A DNA stretch of 64,000 nt from Eledone cirrhosa (GCA_964016885.1 OZ024741.1:126480001-126544000), one strand, 5' to 3'; shown: positions 1-14,104, counted from the stretch's first letter. Translations and numbers: made by a program. The notes: generated by a model not told the origin, from the sequence alone.

Positions 1-1869
1 CTGTGTATTAACCCTGTGAAGGACTGGTATCCCGCCCAGAGGAGTGTCTTTTATTCGTAAGGTTATAGGCGCAGCGTTGTGTTCCTGAGCAAGGAGCTAT
101 ATTTCACGTTGATTTTGTCTACTCAGCAGCAAACGAGTACCAACATTAATTGAGGATTAACCTTACGATGGCAAGCAGCCCGTCCAGGGCTCAGTCTTGT
201 ATTCTCAGTTGTTCACAATCGTAAGGTTTTACATTCGATTCTATGATCAGGCAGTGAGTTGCATGTTTGAGTAAGACACTCTCTTTCAAGTTCTAATCAA
301 TTCAGGTGGAAATGTTTAATAACAATAGCTGAGCGATGGAAAGGGTTAACTCTGCGATAGATTCTGTTTCCAAACTATAGTGAAATAGGGATAAGCTCTG
401 ATCGAATGAGCCCCACCACGGATATTAAATATTAAACATACTTTAACGTTTAAGTAAGTTTCTTAACTAAGCTAACATACTTGATTGATAGAGTCCGATA
501 ACTTTAATATATTAACACTCTACCAAACTTATAAGGTATTCGTAATATTAGGTTGACCTGAGGACCAGCTAAACCTGCATTCATGTTAGATGTAAATTTC
601 CCACACACTATTCTAAGACTGTTTTTGTGTGCATCTATTCAAATAGGGATGGATGAAATTATTCAGAACAGAGGCATATATGCCTCACAAGGTACACTAT
701 ATAGGATAATATAAATTCCTCAAGCAGAGATTTCGTTAACTAATTTGAAGGGTTATCGTTGGGAGCATATTTCAACAACTTCCATTATAATTACACGAAC
801 ACAAATCAAGTGTTAAGAATTACCATCAACTTAGAGAGGAAGTGAAGATATTCATGTACTAACGTAGAACTCAATAAAATGTCACGTAGGATGTACTGGA
901 ATGTTGACATTGCCAAAAATAGACCAAACCGTCTAACACACACACATATATATACACATACATACTTATATTAAATTGACCCTATCAGACACATTCCATG
1001 ATTCCAATGTGAGAGATACGACTGTATTACATTTCGGGTAACACCGGGTGGTGTTACATATGTAATATAATTATTTGTTTCTACTTTTGTTTACAAGGTC
1101 AGCAATTTGAAGGAAAATTCGATTAGATCGACCCCAGTGCGTTACTGGTACTTTATTTTATTTAGCTCGTAAGGATGAAAGACAAATCTAGAGGACCGTT
1201 ATTCTCTGCCGCGAAGCAGCGTGTCCGACGCTCTACTGGGTTGGTTTAATCGACTTTACCCTCCCCAAAATTATTGGCCTTGTACCTAAGTCAGAAACCA
1301 TTATTTAAACGGTATTTGTAACATAACTTGACAAAAGGCTCTTACATCAAATTATTCTAGAAGATTGATTTAAATAAGACCCGATAAAATTGGGGTGGGT
1401 CGTAGAACCAGAGGCAGTTTTGGGCAGGTTGGTATCAAGTTAAACAACTGCTTGGGTTTCTTTTTTCGTAGTTTAGACAGTTTTCCTTGTAGTAGCGATA
1501 AATTACTGCACACACCTAGTATATATTCCAGGTAACATTCCCATTTCTTTGCTTCTTATTAATGTTAGTCTTTTTCTCTTTCCTTTTTCATATCGTTGCC
1601 TCAAAATTTATAGTTTAGTTTGTATTTTAGTAGCTTCCTAAAATTAACTCCTCGGTGTGTCTGTATGGGTGTGTGTGTGGTGGAGGGTGCACCAGTCTGG
1701 CCTTAGTCTATTGATTGAAACTAGTAAAATAATAAAGAAGACGCTTAGCTTACATTGCATCGTAACGTTTCCAAGAAACATAAGTTGTATAGGAAGAACA
1801 GGGATCAGACTCAGCCCACTGTTTTAACAGTATCTATTTTATCGCCCCAGCCAGTAAAAGTGTGGTTAT

Positions 1870-2130
1870 AGGTGGCCTAGTTGGTAAGGATTTGGGATTT
1901 AAGATCATAATGTCGTGGGTTCGATTCCTTGACTGGGTTGTGTTTTTGAGCAAAACACTTCATTTCACGTCGAACTAGTAAACTCAGCTAAAAATGAGTA
2001 CCAGCAATAGCCAGGACTTTAGCCCTGCAATGGACTGGCATGCTGTCCAGAAGAACGTATTATACTCTCAGTTGCTTAACGTCCCGAAAACCGGGAAAAG
2101 CACCGTTCTGGTGTGTCTCCGGGCTCGAGA
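1870..2130 (+). mobile_element. tRNA-derived SINE (cephalopod-type family 2)
   Basis: A-box-like GGTGGCCTAGTTGGTAAG, B-box-like GGTTCGATTCC, then the body TTGAGCAAAACACTTCATTTCACGT shared with copies at ~60-200, 5185-5290, 16895-17010, 19913-20010 (+) and 18000-18140, 19045-19115 (-). Confidence 0.7.
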
Positions 2131-2558
2131 ATAATTACAAAAGGAATCTGACCAGCATTCGGAGCGCCAGCTTATGGGAATGTAATTCGATGCAGTGGAA
2201 CAGTTTACCCGGCAAACACTACTACTCCTGCCATCTATCGTCCAAGTTTAAATGTACTAAATCTTAAAATTTATCACAAACTCCCGAAATGTATATACGA
2301 ACACGAGAAGAAGAAATAAATAACTCAAATAAAGCTGTACAATATTGGACCTGAGACCGCCAGCTATCGGAGACTGGTGTAGTATCATAATCACAAATGA
2401 TAGGAAGTAAAAGATGTATTTGCAGAAAACTTTAATGCCACTTTTTTATAGCTCTAAACAAATTTTCAGCGACTAATAAAACGAAATCTTATGTTCTGCC
2501 ATAATAATTCAGTCAATAGAATTTGTCTGAATAAAACATAGAAATATATCTTATGATC

Positions 2559-2593
2559 TCTCTCTCTCTCTGTCTGTCTGTCTGTGAGAGAGA

Positions 2594-2657
<64 letters not shown>
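2559..2657. repeat. (TC)n/(AG)n microsatellite
   Basis: Directly visible. Confidence 0.95.
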
Positions 2658-2799
2658 AACGCGAGTTATTTAATGTAGGTGTCCCTTTTTTTATTTAGGA
2701 ACTACAAAACAAACAGCACAAACTTATATTTGGTGTTAATTATGGTGTGTGTTAAAAGAGTTTTCTGCTTATATTATGTTTTATTAAATTAAATTAAAA

Positions 2800-2990
2800 C
2801 GGCGATGGATTGGCAGTATCGGTAGAGGGTCGGACGCCATGCTTTGCAGCAAAGAGTTACGGCCCTTTATGATCTGAGTTCAAATCCCGCCGAGGTTAAC
2901 TTTGCCTTTCATCCTTACGGGGTCGATAAAATAAAGTACCAGTAATGCACTGGGATAATTGCTGGCCTTGTGCCAAAAGTAGAAATAATT
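2800..2990 (+). mobile_element. tRNA-derived SINE (family 1, very abundant)
   Basis: TGGCAGTATCGGTAGAG (A box), GAGTTCAAATCCC (B box), core GCCTTTCATCCTTACGGGGTCGATAAAATAAAGTACCAGT, tail GGCCTTGTGCCAAAAGTAGAAA. Confidence 0.85.
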
Positions 2991-4534
2991 ATGTTTTATT
3001 AAATTGCCTAAATATCCTTGCATCTCTCGTCTTTATGATTTTGTCTAGCCTAACATGTAATGCAACTTCTAATGTAAGCCTTAATGTTTACTGTATTTTA
3101 TGTACAAACCTTAGCGGCTTTTAAAGAGATCATTATTGCAGAATTATTATGATTTCGGGCAAAATACTTTGCGGTATTTGTTTGGTCTCTTTAAGTCAAC
3201 TTTGCCTTTCATCCCTCTGGGGTCGACAAAATAAAGTACTATTTAAATATTGGAGTCGATGTAACCGGCTTTCTTCTTCCCACAAATTGCTGGCCTTGTA
3301 TCAAATCCAGGAAGAATTATTTGTCATCACTCATGGATGGATGGCTTGTATAATACTTAGTATTTTATTAAAGAAAAGTATCACGGTGTTTGCCGGTCGT
3401 AAAATTTTGACTGAATAATTGCAATTAATTTAAGGAAAACGTTTTTGCAACAGTTAATTGGCAAAATGTTAAAAAATGACATGAAAAATTTATATTTATA
3501 TGCAAACACATTATCCCTTTTTTAAAAATTATTATTATTATTATTTTTTTAGTAAAGTGAATCCAGGCAAGTAATTAAACGAAATGTTTTTCTATCAATT
3601 AATTTGAATAGCGTTAAAAAAAAGACTTCAAATGTATATTTAACCACCTCGCACACGCACTCACACACACACACACACACTAATGTACTGATGTGTGTTG
3701 AAACTCCCTCGGTTCCGACAACGATTGTCTCAGTTGTTAGATCATCGGAACTGCTTCCTCATGTAATTAACGTGTAAATGGCTGAGGAGCTACATCGTGA
3801 CAATCTCAAAGCCGACCCTTTGAGTTACTAAGTGGACTAAAGCAACGGGAAATAAAGTTTCTTGCCCAAGGATATATATACTTTGTTTTTCATTACCCCG
3901 CAGTTAATACTGTCCGTTGAAGGGCGATTGATCTATACGGTTAATAAAGGGTCATGGGGATGGTGTGCAATATTTGATCTAGCGCTTTGTGATCCGAGTT
4001 CAAGTCCCGTCTCACAAAACTTATGATCTAACGATCGTTTGTTGAAAACCCTAACTCCTATGCTACGGATGTCCATGAAATATCTGTTTCATTTACCTAA
4101 TAGCGTATATATTTCCAAATTTCATTGGCTAATAACCCATCAATTTTGTTGATCCGTTGGTAAGATTTGAACCCGAAAACGACAAAACATGAAAGTACAC
4201 TATTTTCAGTGGATAACCCCAACTGCCGAGACTGTGCACACTAACGCTTCTTTATGCCTGCTCGTTCACGGTTTCCAAGTGAAACAAAAAACACATACGT
4301 ACGCACACGCTATATATCTATATATATTTTTTAGGTATATAAGGGTGCAATTCACTTTTAGCACTCAACGTCATATTACTTCCTAAAAAAAGGCTGACGG
4401 AGTACATTAATAAAGAGAAAAATGCGATATCTAACGTCATTGAAATATGGATAGCGGTTCAATTAATAAAGGACCCTAACATCTTCAACTTCGCATTTCC
4501 CTCTTTTATATATATATATATTATATATATGAAG

Positions 4535-4722
4535 GACTGTAGATTGGCAGTATCGGTAGAGTATCGGACACCATGTTTTGCAGCATAGAGTTATCGCCTT
4601 TTACGTTCTGAGTTGAAATCTCGCAGAGGTTACATTTGCTTTTCATACTTACGGGGTCGATAAAATAAAGCACCAGTAACGCACTGGGGTAATTGCTGCC
4701 CTTGTGCCAAAAGTAGAAACAA
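4535..4722 (+). mobile_element. SINE family 1 copy
   Basis: Colinear with 2800-2990; ends at a (TA)n tract. Confidence 0.8.
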
Positions 4723-5606
4723 TTATATATATATATATATATATTATAACTAGAATGCAATGTACATAACGTTTCGAGATTTAAAAAAAAAAAAAAATAC
4801 AACAGGACTTTGATCAAATAGTTGTAGAAAGCAAAACGTATATATGTAAATATATAATTAAATATAATGTGAAACTTTTAAATCTACACTTCTCAAATAT
4901 ATTCAATGGTTTAATCCTGACCACAGTGGGAAGTGAGCTCCATTGCAATTAATTACAGATTACATAAAATTTAGAAAAAGAAAAATGAATGCATGAATAA
5001 ATACAATTGACAATATTTCTAATAAGATCATATTATTGGTTTTCAACATATTTCTATGAACAGCAGCACAGCTGCACATTTGCTTTCCAACACAACGCGT
5101 TATTTTTTTCCATTTCTTCATTAATATCAATTGATATCTATCTCTAATGTTAAAGCCGAAGGCACGTGAATCATGCATTAACAATGATTGTAAGGCCGTG
5201 GTTTCAATTCTTGGCCCGAATGGAGTACTTTATTCTTGAGTAAAACACTTCACTTCACGTTGCTCGAGTCCACTCAGATGAAAATGTATACCTACTAACG
5301 CCATTTCGAGGAGAAGTCATCAACTCTTAACGCCAATAAAACAGACAAGCATAGACCTGACGAGCCTGCGACCTTATGATGACTTTTTTTTATATTTTGT
5401 GTAAAACGTCGATCATGCCGGTGAGGGGAAAGTTAGAGCGCGCGTGAGAGAAGAGTGGTGGTGGTGGCTAAGCTCAATATAGTCTTTTTAATCTCTCACT
5501 GTAACAAGTCTTTATAGAAAAAGCTGTTAATAGTGTATTTAGGGAAAGTGGTGATGGCGGTGGCAATGCCGAACAATTGTATTTAAATCCTGGACGATTA
5601 TAATTT

Positions 5607-5632
<26 letters not shown>

Positions 5633-5651
<19 letters not shown>

Positions 5652-6060
5652 GAGTATGTCTGTCTGTGTAAATCCCTAAAACTTGAGAAATACCCGCCGA
5701 CCGATTTTTTTCAAACTTTAAACATGCGTTACTTATATTTCTTGAAGTGCAATGGGCTAAAATATTTCTATCTTTTTCTGCCTTAGGCGAAAAACTGCAT
5801 TTTTTAAGGCATTTTTAGGCTTTCTTTTTAGGCGTAACTTAAAAATAATCCAGCCGATTTCCTCGAAATTTGCAGCACACGTTAGTTAGTCACCTCGCAT
5901 TGCTGTGGACAAAGAAATTTCAGATTCCATTAATGGTTTCTAGGAAATTTACGAATTAGCATTGGGCATTACATGCCATTTTCATTTTCAATATAAACGC
6001 TACATAAACATCGTAAGTAGCGTATAATATTTCGTTTTAATTTGGTTTATTTAGCAGAGG
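5633..6060 (+). mobile_element. Possible non-autonomous Helitron-like element, 5' part
   Basis: TATATATAAAA followed by GTCTGTCTG repeat and GACCGATTTTTTTCAAACTTT, resembling 5' ends of invertebrate non-autonomous Helitrons; 3' end not established. Confidence 0.35.
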
Positions 6061-7169
6061 ACACAACACTTATTTATTTTTAAGCAGGACCATTTTCGGG
6101 GGATTGAGGAAATGAGGAGGACCTTAAAGTTTTTGTCGGCGCCCTGTTGACGCTTCGTGCTTTCATCACGCGCAAATCCGGGCCCTGTGTAAGTTGCCGT
6201 GTTATTGACACCGTAAAACTCACGTCTGTGCTACTTCTACTAAGACCCCTTTCGTTGCATCTACACCGCAGTATGAACGCCCTGCGCAAGTACGCCGAAC
6301 AGCGGTTGTGCTAACTCCGCGATGACCCCTTTTGTCGCACCTTTGTTGCTGTGTAAACGCAATGCAACCAGTGTCGCCCAGCGTTTGTACTAATTGCACT
6401 ATGACCCCCTTCTGCTGCAACTACATTGCCACGCTAATTTCGTCATCTCAATATCGCTACTTAAATGTACATCCCTACTTGGTTTTCACACAATTGACTA
6501 CCTCGCTCCTTCAGACTGACCTGTGTTCCCCACCCGTGACGTAATTCGTGAACAGACTCACGACATACATCGATACATCGCCCCACAACACTTATTCCTT
6601 TCGGATACATGATTCTAACACTGCTACTACTGGATTCGGCCTGCTGGTATTCTACGTTTCCAGTAGATGAACAGTCATTCCCTGAGAATAAGGGAATTCA
6701 AAAGTACACAGCTCTATTCCTCATATATTACATATATCAACTAATTTCAGCAGATAACGGGAAAATATTGTGAATTCGTTTTTAGTTGAAAAATATTGGA
6801 GAAATGATTTGGGAAAATAAATACACCGTGGTGCTAACAATTATTCTGAAGCATATAGGTTGGAATGAGATTTATACTGGATTTTAATAGGGAAGACAGA
6901 ACATAGTAGAAATCTAAAATGTCGGCTGTATGGGGAGGAAGTATTAGACGTAGTTGTTTGTCTTGGTCTTGATGGTTGCATTCAGTGTAGATGACTATAG
7001 GAGAAGAGGTGAGTCGGGCGTAACTTAGTGGAGGTATAATGAGAATGGCAATTAGGAAGAGCAGAGGCAATTGTAGTAGCGGTATTAAAGGTAGGGGAGG
7101 ACGAAATAGAACGTCTATGGATCATAGGCTGGAGAATGTTTGTGATTGACCTCAAACCAATCAGAAACC

Positions 7170-7474
7170 ATTATTGAAGTTGACAATTATGTCACGGGTT
7201 TGTTCCCAGTGTGTGTGACATCTTAGACAAGTGTCGTTTACTACAGCTTAAGCTTGACATATGCCTTGAAGGAAATTGTATAGACAGAAACTGTTTGTAA
7301 GCCTCTCGGATGGACTGTACCTGTAATTCAAAGGGCCATCCTTGTCACACAGTGTCAAGCTGAATCTCCCTGAAAATTACGTTAAGGGTACATATGTCAA
7401 TGAAATGCTAAGCCATTTACACATTAATCTCGTGAGCAGACTGTTTTGTTGATAGATAAACTGGAACACTCATC
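7170..7474 (+). mobile_element. Degenerate SINE with common tail (AAGGGTACA...ATTAATCTCGTGAGCAGACTGTT)
   Basis: The same tail recurs at ~3710-3800(-), 10300-10440(-), 10850-10990(+), 17020-17290(+), 17830-18000(-), 21900-22030(-). Confidence 0.6.
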
Positions 7475-7482
7475 CTCTAAAC

Positions 7483-8218
7483 CAAAGGTTCTCAGCGGGG
7501 TGCATATGCACCCCGGGGGCGTTTCGGAACTCCAGGGGGGGCGTTTGGGAGCAAGTTCGCGTTAGGGGGGGGGGGGCGTTTGGAGCGCGGGGGGGGGGGG
7601 GGGTCAGGGGGGCGCTGGAAGGCTCTTTATTTTGGTAAGTTTTATAAGCCATATTTGTATGTCTTTGAGACAGCCAGTGTGAATGCATTTGAATGAGCTT
7701 GCAGACAGCATAACTATAGTCTGACCGCAGCTGTGAGCAGGTGTGCAGGCATGTCCGGTAATTGAGACGTTAACCGGTAATTGAGATCCTAAAAATGGAA
7801 AAACCCACAGTCAACTGGGTCAAAGACACTTTGAGCGCAGCCAGTTAGAATCTTATCTTTCCTTCACCGATAACAATGTATTTCATGTCTGAAATTATTG
7901 ACTCAACCGTAACGAGTTAACACTATGTAGATCTATTTTATTCCCTATTGTATAAATAATATTACAAATAAAAAATAATAAAATAAAAAAACAGAAGCGA
8001 GTAGAACACACATCTAGGACCCACATACAACACATAATCAGATAATACACACATCTTTGGAATATTGTTAATACATTTTTTAGTAATCTACTGATATAAA
8101 AATCAGTAGTATATTGAAAATTGAAAAAATAAGGTGGCGAGGGGGGGGGGGGGGGGGGCGTTTTGTGATTTCGAGGGACAAAAGGAGGCGTTTGGCCTAA
8201 ATGGGTTGAGAACCTGTG
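7483..8218. mobile_element. Non-autonomous hAT-type DNA transposon (MITE), 736 bp
   Basis: TIRs CAAAGGTTCTCAGC / GTTGAGAACCTGTG (12 of 14 match), exact 8-bp TSD CTCTAAAC at 7475-7482 and 8219-8226; inserted in a SINE tail. Confidence 0.85.
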
Positions 8219-8394
8219 CTCTAAACAGACGAACATCCATTCCAGACAATAACGTAAATTCCCAACCCTAATCAGCTTGACAAAATATGTGACAGGACTG
8301 GTCTTAGAGCTTACCACGTAAGAGTAATATAGAGAAAGGCACGGTTAGGCAGATATGCTGCGTTGTGTTTGGAAATGATTGTTTGTATATTGAT

Positions 8395-8592
8395 TTTTAT
8401 TATAGGCACAAGGCCAGCAATTTGGGGGAAGGGGAAAGTATTTTAAATCGACCCTAGTATGTTAATGGTACTTTATTTTATCAACCCCGTAAGGATGAAA
8501 GGCAAAGCTAACCTCGGTGGGATTTGAACTCAGAACGTAAAGGGCCGCGAAGCAGGGTGTCCGACGCTCTACTGAAACTGCTAATCCACCGT
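8395..8592 (-). mobile_element. SINE family 1 copy
   Basis: Reverse complement of the family core and B box (GGGATTTGAACTC). Confidence 0.8.
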
Positions 8593-11147
8593 GTAATATT
8601 AATGATGGGGCATTGGGAGAATCCCGAGAGCATCGATTAAATACCTTGCGGTACTTAATTATCGTTGATTTCAAATCTCATCGAAATCAACTTAGCTTTT
8701 CAACTTTCTGGAGTTTGTATAATAAAATACCAGTCAAATAATGCTATCCTTATAATAGACTAACACATCTTCCTAATCGATATAATAGACAAATAGACTA
8801 GTTCATCTTCTCAATCAATAAAATAAATAGCCTAGCACACACCCCTATCAATATAATAGACTAACCGATCTTCTGAAATTATTGGCCTGTGCCTACATTA
8901 GAAATAACATTAAGAGGTAAATCGATAGATCATCGAAGGAAATGCTATTCCATTCAGGACAATGTTTCTTCTCGGCGGATAAAATAGTTTGTGTCTATTT
9001 CTGGAATCAATATAATTGACTATCTCCCTGCTATAAAGAAGCACATGGGGTGGTAAACAAGTTAGTTCTGAGATTGATTGCGCACAATGTTGATTGCACA
9101 TAATATAATGTCCATTGACAATAACCGTAGAACATGCCGGTAGAAACTAATTTTTTATGACACTGTTTTTTTAAGGATTGATAATTTTGTTTTATTGTTT
9201 TGGCAGAGTTGTTAGAATGTCGGATAGAATGCTTTGTGGTATTTGTTTTGACTCTTTGCTCTCTAAGTTCAAATCCTGCCGAGGTCGATAAAAAAAGTAC
9301 CAGTCTAGTACTGGGGTCGATTTTCCCCCATTGTCTCCGTCACACTTCCATTCTCTCACTTTCTGTATTAAGACATGGAGAGGGGATGGGCTGTGCCAGG
9401 TTTTAAAATGCCCAAGAAACGCAGTATGGCAGACCAGCTCCCATGCGAATCCCCCAGAAGTTACAGGACCATACATACAGTGAGAGAAATGTAGAGCTCA
9501 TTACATCTTCCATAGTTTTTGACTCGCATGATTGCAAAACAATGCATTTTTCTGTCACCCAAGGACAGATTACGGCTACCACCCAGTTAGACTTCGGTAG
9601 AATTTAAACATAGAACACTAAGAGTTAGAACAAATGTCGCAGTGTATCTGCTCTACCAATTCTGCAAATACCGCCGCCTTTGACTTAATCGTATTGACAC
9701 CGAAAGGATGAAAGGTAAAATTGTTCACGACGTTATTGAAACTCAGAGCACAGAGAAACTGAACCAATAGCGCCAGCCATTTTGTCATTCTCTCTAACTC
9801 TGCTGCCAATTGATCACCTAAAAATATTCTTCTGATACATGTTTAAGTGGCAGATAGAAAGTGGATTTTGATGAAGGACTAAAGGTTGTTTTCTGAGAGG
9901 ATTCACAGTTCAGGCATTTGTTGATTTAATAGCAGACTATAATTGACTCAACAAATAACCAATAACCGACAGTTTGTTGGATCATCTATTATCTGAGGAA
10001 ACAGATTGAAAGAAAAGAGATAAAAAGATAATGAAGTGCTATACAAAGCTGCAAGATCAAAACAATAATGGAAGTGCTAAAGAGAATTTCTATAAAAACA
10101 GTAGAAGCAGATTTTTAGAACAAACTAATAAAACATTTTCAGCAACAAAACAAACGTATCAAGAGATGTTATTGTTTGGGATTAGCTAATCATGTGATAT
10201 TCACAGCTGACAGAATCACAAAATAAGGCCATGCTTCATCAACCATTACTGTAAGGTTGTGATTTCTTCAATAAAGTTTGGGTATTATGGAATGGAACTA
10301 CGTCGACTTCAACGATGAGTGTTCCCTTTGTTAAATCAACGAAACAGTCTGCTAATAAAATTAATGTGTAAATGGCCTAGCATTCCACAGAATTCTCAGA
10401 GATTTAGCGTGACCCAGTGTGTGACAAAGCTGGCCATTTAAATTGATACAGACCACGCGACGGGTTTCCAAACAGTTTACGACTCATTAATTTCACTCAA
10501 GGCATGGATCTACCTGAGATTATAATGAATGACACACAGTGAAATCCAGCCTGGGATCTAATGATTGCGAAGCAAGCGAATTTACCATGCGCCCATACTG
10601 AAACTAATTGGATGTCATATTATTTGGCATAATCTTAATGCACTCCCCCCCTCCAAGTATTAAAATTTGCATATGTGTATGTATGCATGAATGCATGTGT
10701 CTATATACGCATACATGCATATGCGCATGTCCGCATGAATGTGTGTATAAAGGAAGGTGGGCGGCTTTGTGCGTTCGGTTCATCCTCAGCAAGATTCCTT
10801 ATTTCAGGTTGCTCCAGTCAACTGGCAAAAATGAATTGTACTTGTAGTTCAAAAGGTCAGCCTTGTCACACTATCACGCCGAATCTTCCTGAGAATTGCA
10901 TTAACATAACATACTTCTATAGAACGCTCAGCCATTTGCACGCTAATTTTCCGACGTTTTCACTTTGTCGAACAATCGTAACCGACAGAGGTACAACTGG
11001 AATCCCCCAAATATTACGCATGCACACATACACAGAAACAGACACACACACACACACAGACACAAACACACACACACGTCTGTGTATATAGTATATATGT
11101 GCGTGTGTATATATATATATACACACGTACATATACTATACACACTA

Positions 11148-12885
11148 CTAAACCCAGCACGCACGGAAATGGGACTAGTCAGTAAGTCCATACTTAGAAA
11201 CATAGTTAAGACCATTAAGACCAAGTCCAACCTGTCCCAGTGGGAGAACAGCAACTCCGTCATTAAGTGGCTTAACTCCTTCAACTCCAAAAAACAAAGT
11301 TCACGCAATTCGACATTGTAAATTTTTACCCGTCGATCTCAGAGACCCTGTTAAACAAAGCGTTGGAATTTGCTACTACTTACACTACCGTCCATGTTTT
11401 AGACAGGGAGATCATCGCACACTGCTGGAAAACCCTCCTCTTCAACAACGGAGTAGCCTGGGCAAAGAAGTCAACCACTTCAGAACTATTCGACGTCTCC
11501 ATGGGATCGTTTGACAGTGCTGACGTATGCGACTTGGTTGGCTTATTTATTTTAGACATATTACGTGTTAGATTCCCGGACTTCCACACGGGAATATACC
11601 GCGACGAGGGCCTGATCTTATCGAGCCATAAAGTGGTCACGGCCTCGACCGGTTCAAAAAAGATTTAACTTCTACTTTTAATGAGTTAGGACTTAGGATA
11701 AAGGTAGCTACCAACCTCTATAGCGTAGATTTCTTCAGACCCTTCCATAAGCTAAACGAAAAACTTAATTACATACACAGGACTCATGTCACCCTCCTAC
11801 TGTTTTTAGAAACTTTGTATATAATATCAATACTGGAATCTGTAACATCTCCTCTAATAAGGCTATCTTTGACAGAGCGGCCCCCTACTATAACACGGCG
11901 TTAGCTAACAGCGGCTTCTCGCAACCAATTACATACTCCCCCACTAACAACAACAGCAATAAGAGAAGAAATCGTAACAATAGACAAACTATCTGGTTCT
12001 CTCCCCCCTTCTCACTCAACGTTACAACTAATGTAGAAAAAAGATTTTTAGCTCTTAGATAGACACTTTCTCATAGGTCAGAAATACCGCTTCATCTTTA
12101 ACAGACAGAGAGTAAAACTAGGGTACTCCTACGCTAAGAATATGAAGGCCCACATCACCAACAGTCCTAAGAGCAGCATCCCACCAGGATGCTCTTTCCC
12201 CAAGCCTGAAGATTGTCCCCTTCAACAGCAATGCAACACACCCGCTGTAGTTTATGAAGCTGTGGTCACTTACAACCGACCAAATCAACCACAGGAGGTC
12301 AAATCCTATGTGGGTATGGCGGAGGGCCGATTTAAGGAACGCTCCCTGAACCATAAGTCAACCTTTAGGTACCCGGACAAGTGATCCTCCACGAAGCTCG
12401 CGAGAACGTATGGTCCCTCAAAGACTCAGGTATAGACTATTCCATTCAATGGAAAGCTATCGCTAAGTCCAAGCCATACGCAAGGGGCAATCCGTCTTGT
12501 GGACTGTGTATTTAAGAAAGGATAAATATTCTAACCAGATTACCCAATAGCGATTGCCTAAATTCAAGAAATGAAATCTTCTCACGTTGTCCACATATCT
12601 GGAAGCACCTCTTGCATAACTACAAAGCTCCGGATTGAATAACAACAACATTCTAATTTTCTAATCAACTCGAACATTTTATTCCGGACTTTCGCAGTTG
12701 TCTTCCCTACACATTTTGCCCGTGGTTTTGTATCGCTTGGGTGAAGTGACGGTTTCTGTGCATGTGCGTTGATACGGTTATTCTACCTGTTCCGTATAAC
12801 CATGACCAGTCCGAGCTGAAGATCCGCGTAAGGTGAAACAATTGTTCTCGGTATGGTGAACTAACTGTTGTGTTACTACTTCTAT
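11148..12885 (+). mobile_element. 5'-truncated, decayed Penelope-like element (Hydra-type, family A)
   Basis: Frameshifted RT fragments LLNPARTEMGLVSK, QFDIVNFYPSIS, FDVSMGSFDSADVCDLVG, IYRDEGL; endonuclease fragments CPLQQQCNTPAVVY, SYVGMAEGRFKER; 3' pLTR with hammerhead; ends in TA-rich tract. Confidence 0.9.
12805..12857 (+). ncRNA. Minimal type I hammerhead ribozyme
   Basis: CCGAG-CTGAAGA-TCCGCGTAAGGT-GAAA-CAATT-GTT-CTCGG; stem I CCGAG/CTCGG extended by ACCA/TGGT; palindromic stem III AACAATTGTT. Confidence 0.8.
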
Positions 12886-13221
12886 ATATAAAATATATAT
12901 ATAGTGTGAATGTTTCTATATATATATATGTAGATAGATTTTATATATATATATATATAAACGGAAAAATTGAAACGAAATTTCATTTCCCACTCTTAGT
13001 ACGGCTGTTACTTAAATATAAGTATGTACACGTACATACATATATGTATACAGACGTACAGTAGTATGTATATATATATACATACATGCACACATATATA
13101 TATGTACGTATAGATTCACCGAACATTTATTATAATGCTCGGTGTTTGTAAACAAACATCCCGTATTAAGCCGTAGTGTCCAGCAACCATCGTTGCTCGT
13201 TTGTTCAACACTGACAAAGGA

Positions 13222-13264
13222 ACGCTGTACAAGTTTCAAGCTTATTAGCTATCGTCAGCAACGT
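13222..13264 (-). ncRNA. Type I hammerhead ribozyme
   Basis: Minus strand ACGTTG-CTGACGA-TAGCTAATAAGCTT-GAAA-CTT-GTA-CAGCGT; stem III palindrome has one substitution. Confidence 0.75.
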
Positions 13265-13643
13265 ATACCTTCCTGCCAGATTGTTGAACGTATATACTTA
13301 CCTTATGCATATTAACGGCTGAGTAGTCCAATTTGCATATCGAGTGGGTTAATCAGCCCCGGGTGCACCGAAAACGATAAACGGAAAAAATGAAACGAAA
13401 TTTCATTTCCCACTCTTACTACGGCTGTTACTTAAATATAAATATGTACACGTACATACATATATGTACACAGACGTACAGTAGTATGTATATATATATA
13501 CATGCATGTACACACATATATATGTACGTATGGATTCACCGAACATTTATTAAAATGCTCAGTGTGTTTGTAAACAAACATCCCAAATTAAGCCGTAGTG
13601 TCCAGCAACCATCGTTGCTCGTTTGTTCAACACTGACAAAGGA

Positions 13644-13686
13644 ACGCTGTACTAGTTTCAAGCTTATTAGCTTTCGTCAGCAACGT
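13644..13686 (-). ncRNA. Type I hammerhead ribozyme
   Basis: Minus strand ACGTTG-CTGACGA-AAGCTAATAAGCTT-GAAA-CTA-GTA-CAGCGT. Confidence 0.85.
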
Positions 13687-13822
13687 ATACCTTCCTGCCA
13701 GATTGATGAACGTACACCCGGTGCACCCGGCTGATTAACCCACTCGATATGCAAATTAGGCTACTCAGCCGTTAATATGCATAAGGTAAGTATATACGTT
13801 CAACAATCTGGCAGGAAGGTAT

Positions 13823-13865
13823 ACGTTGCTGACGATAGCTAATAAGCTTGAAACTAGTACAGCGT
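13823..13865 (+). ncRNA. Type I hammerhead ribozyme
   Basis: ACGTTG-CTGACGA-TAGCTAATAAGCTT-GAAA-CTA-GTA-CAGCGT. Confidence 0.85.
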
Positions 13866-14066
13866 TCCTTTGTCAGTGTTGAACAAACTAGCAACGATGG
13901 TTGTTGGACACTACGGCTTAAAACGGGATGTTTGTTTACAAACACACTGAGCATTATAATAAATGTTCGGTGAATCCATACGTACATATATATATGTGTG
14001 CATGTATGTATATATATATACATACTACTGTACGTCTGTATACATATATGTATGTACGTGTACATA

Positions 14067-14099
<33 letters not shown>

Positions 14100-14104
<5 letters not shown>

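Larger units (their letters stand above)
12958..14070. repeat. ORF-less ~420-bp hammerhead-containing repeat: two tandem units plus an inverted unit (retrozyme-like)
   Basis: Units start at ~12959 and ~13379; inverted copy ~13718-14070; flanked by (TA)n; homologous to the 478-bp array at 40943-42587. Confidence 0.85.

Noticed and set aside
2800-2895. tRNA gene calls at SINE heads
   Set aside because: A and B boxes present but no cloverleaf; they continue into SINE core and tail in many copies.
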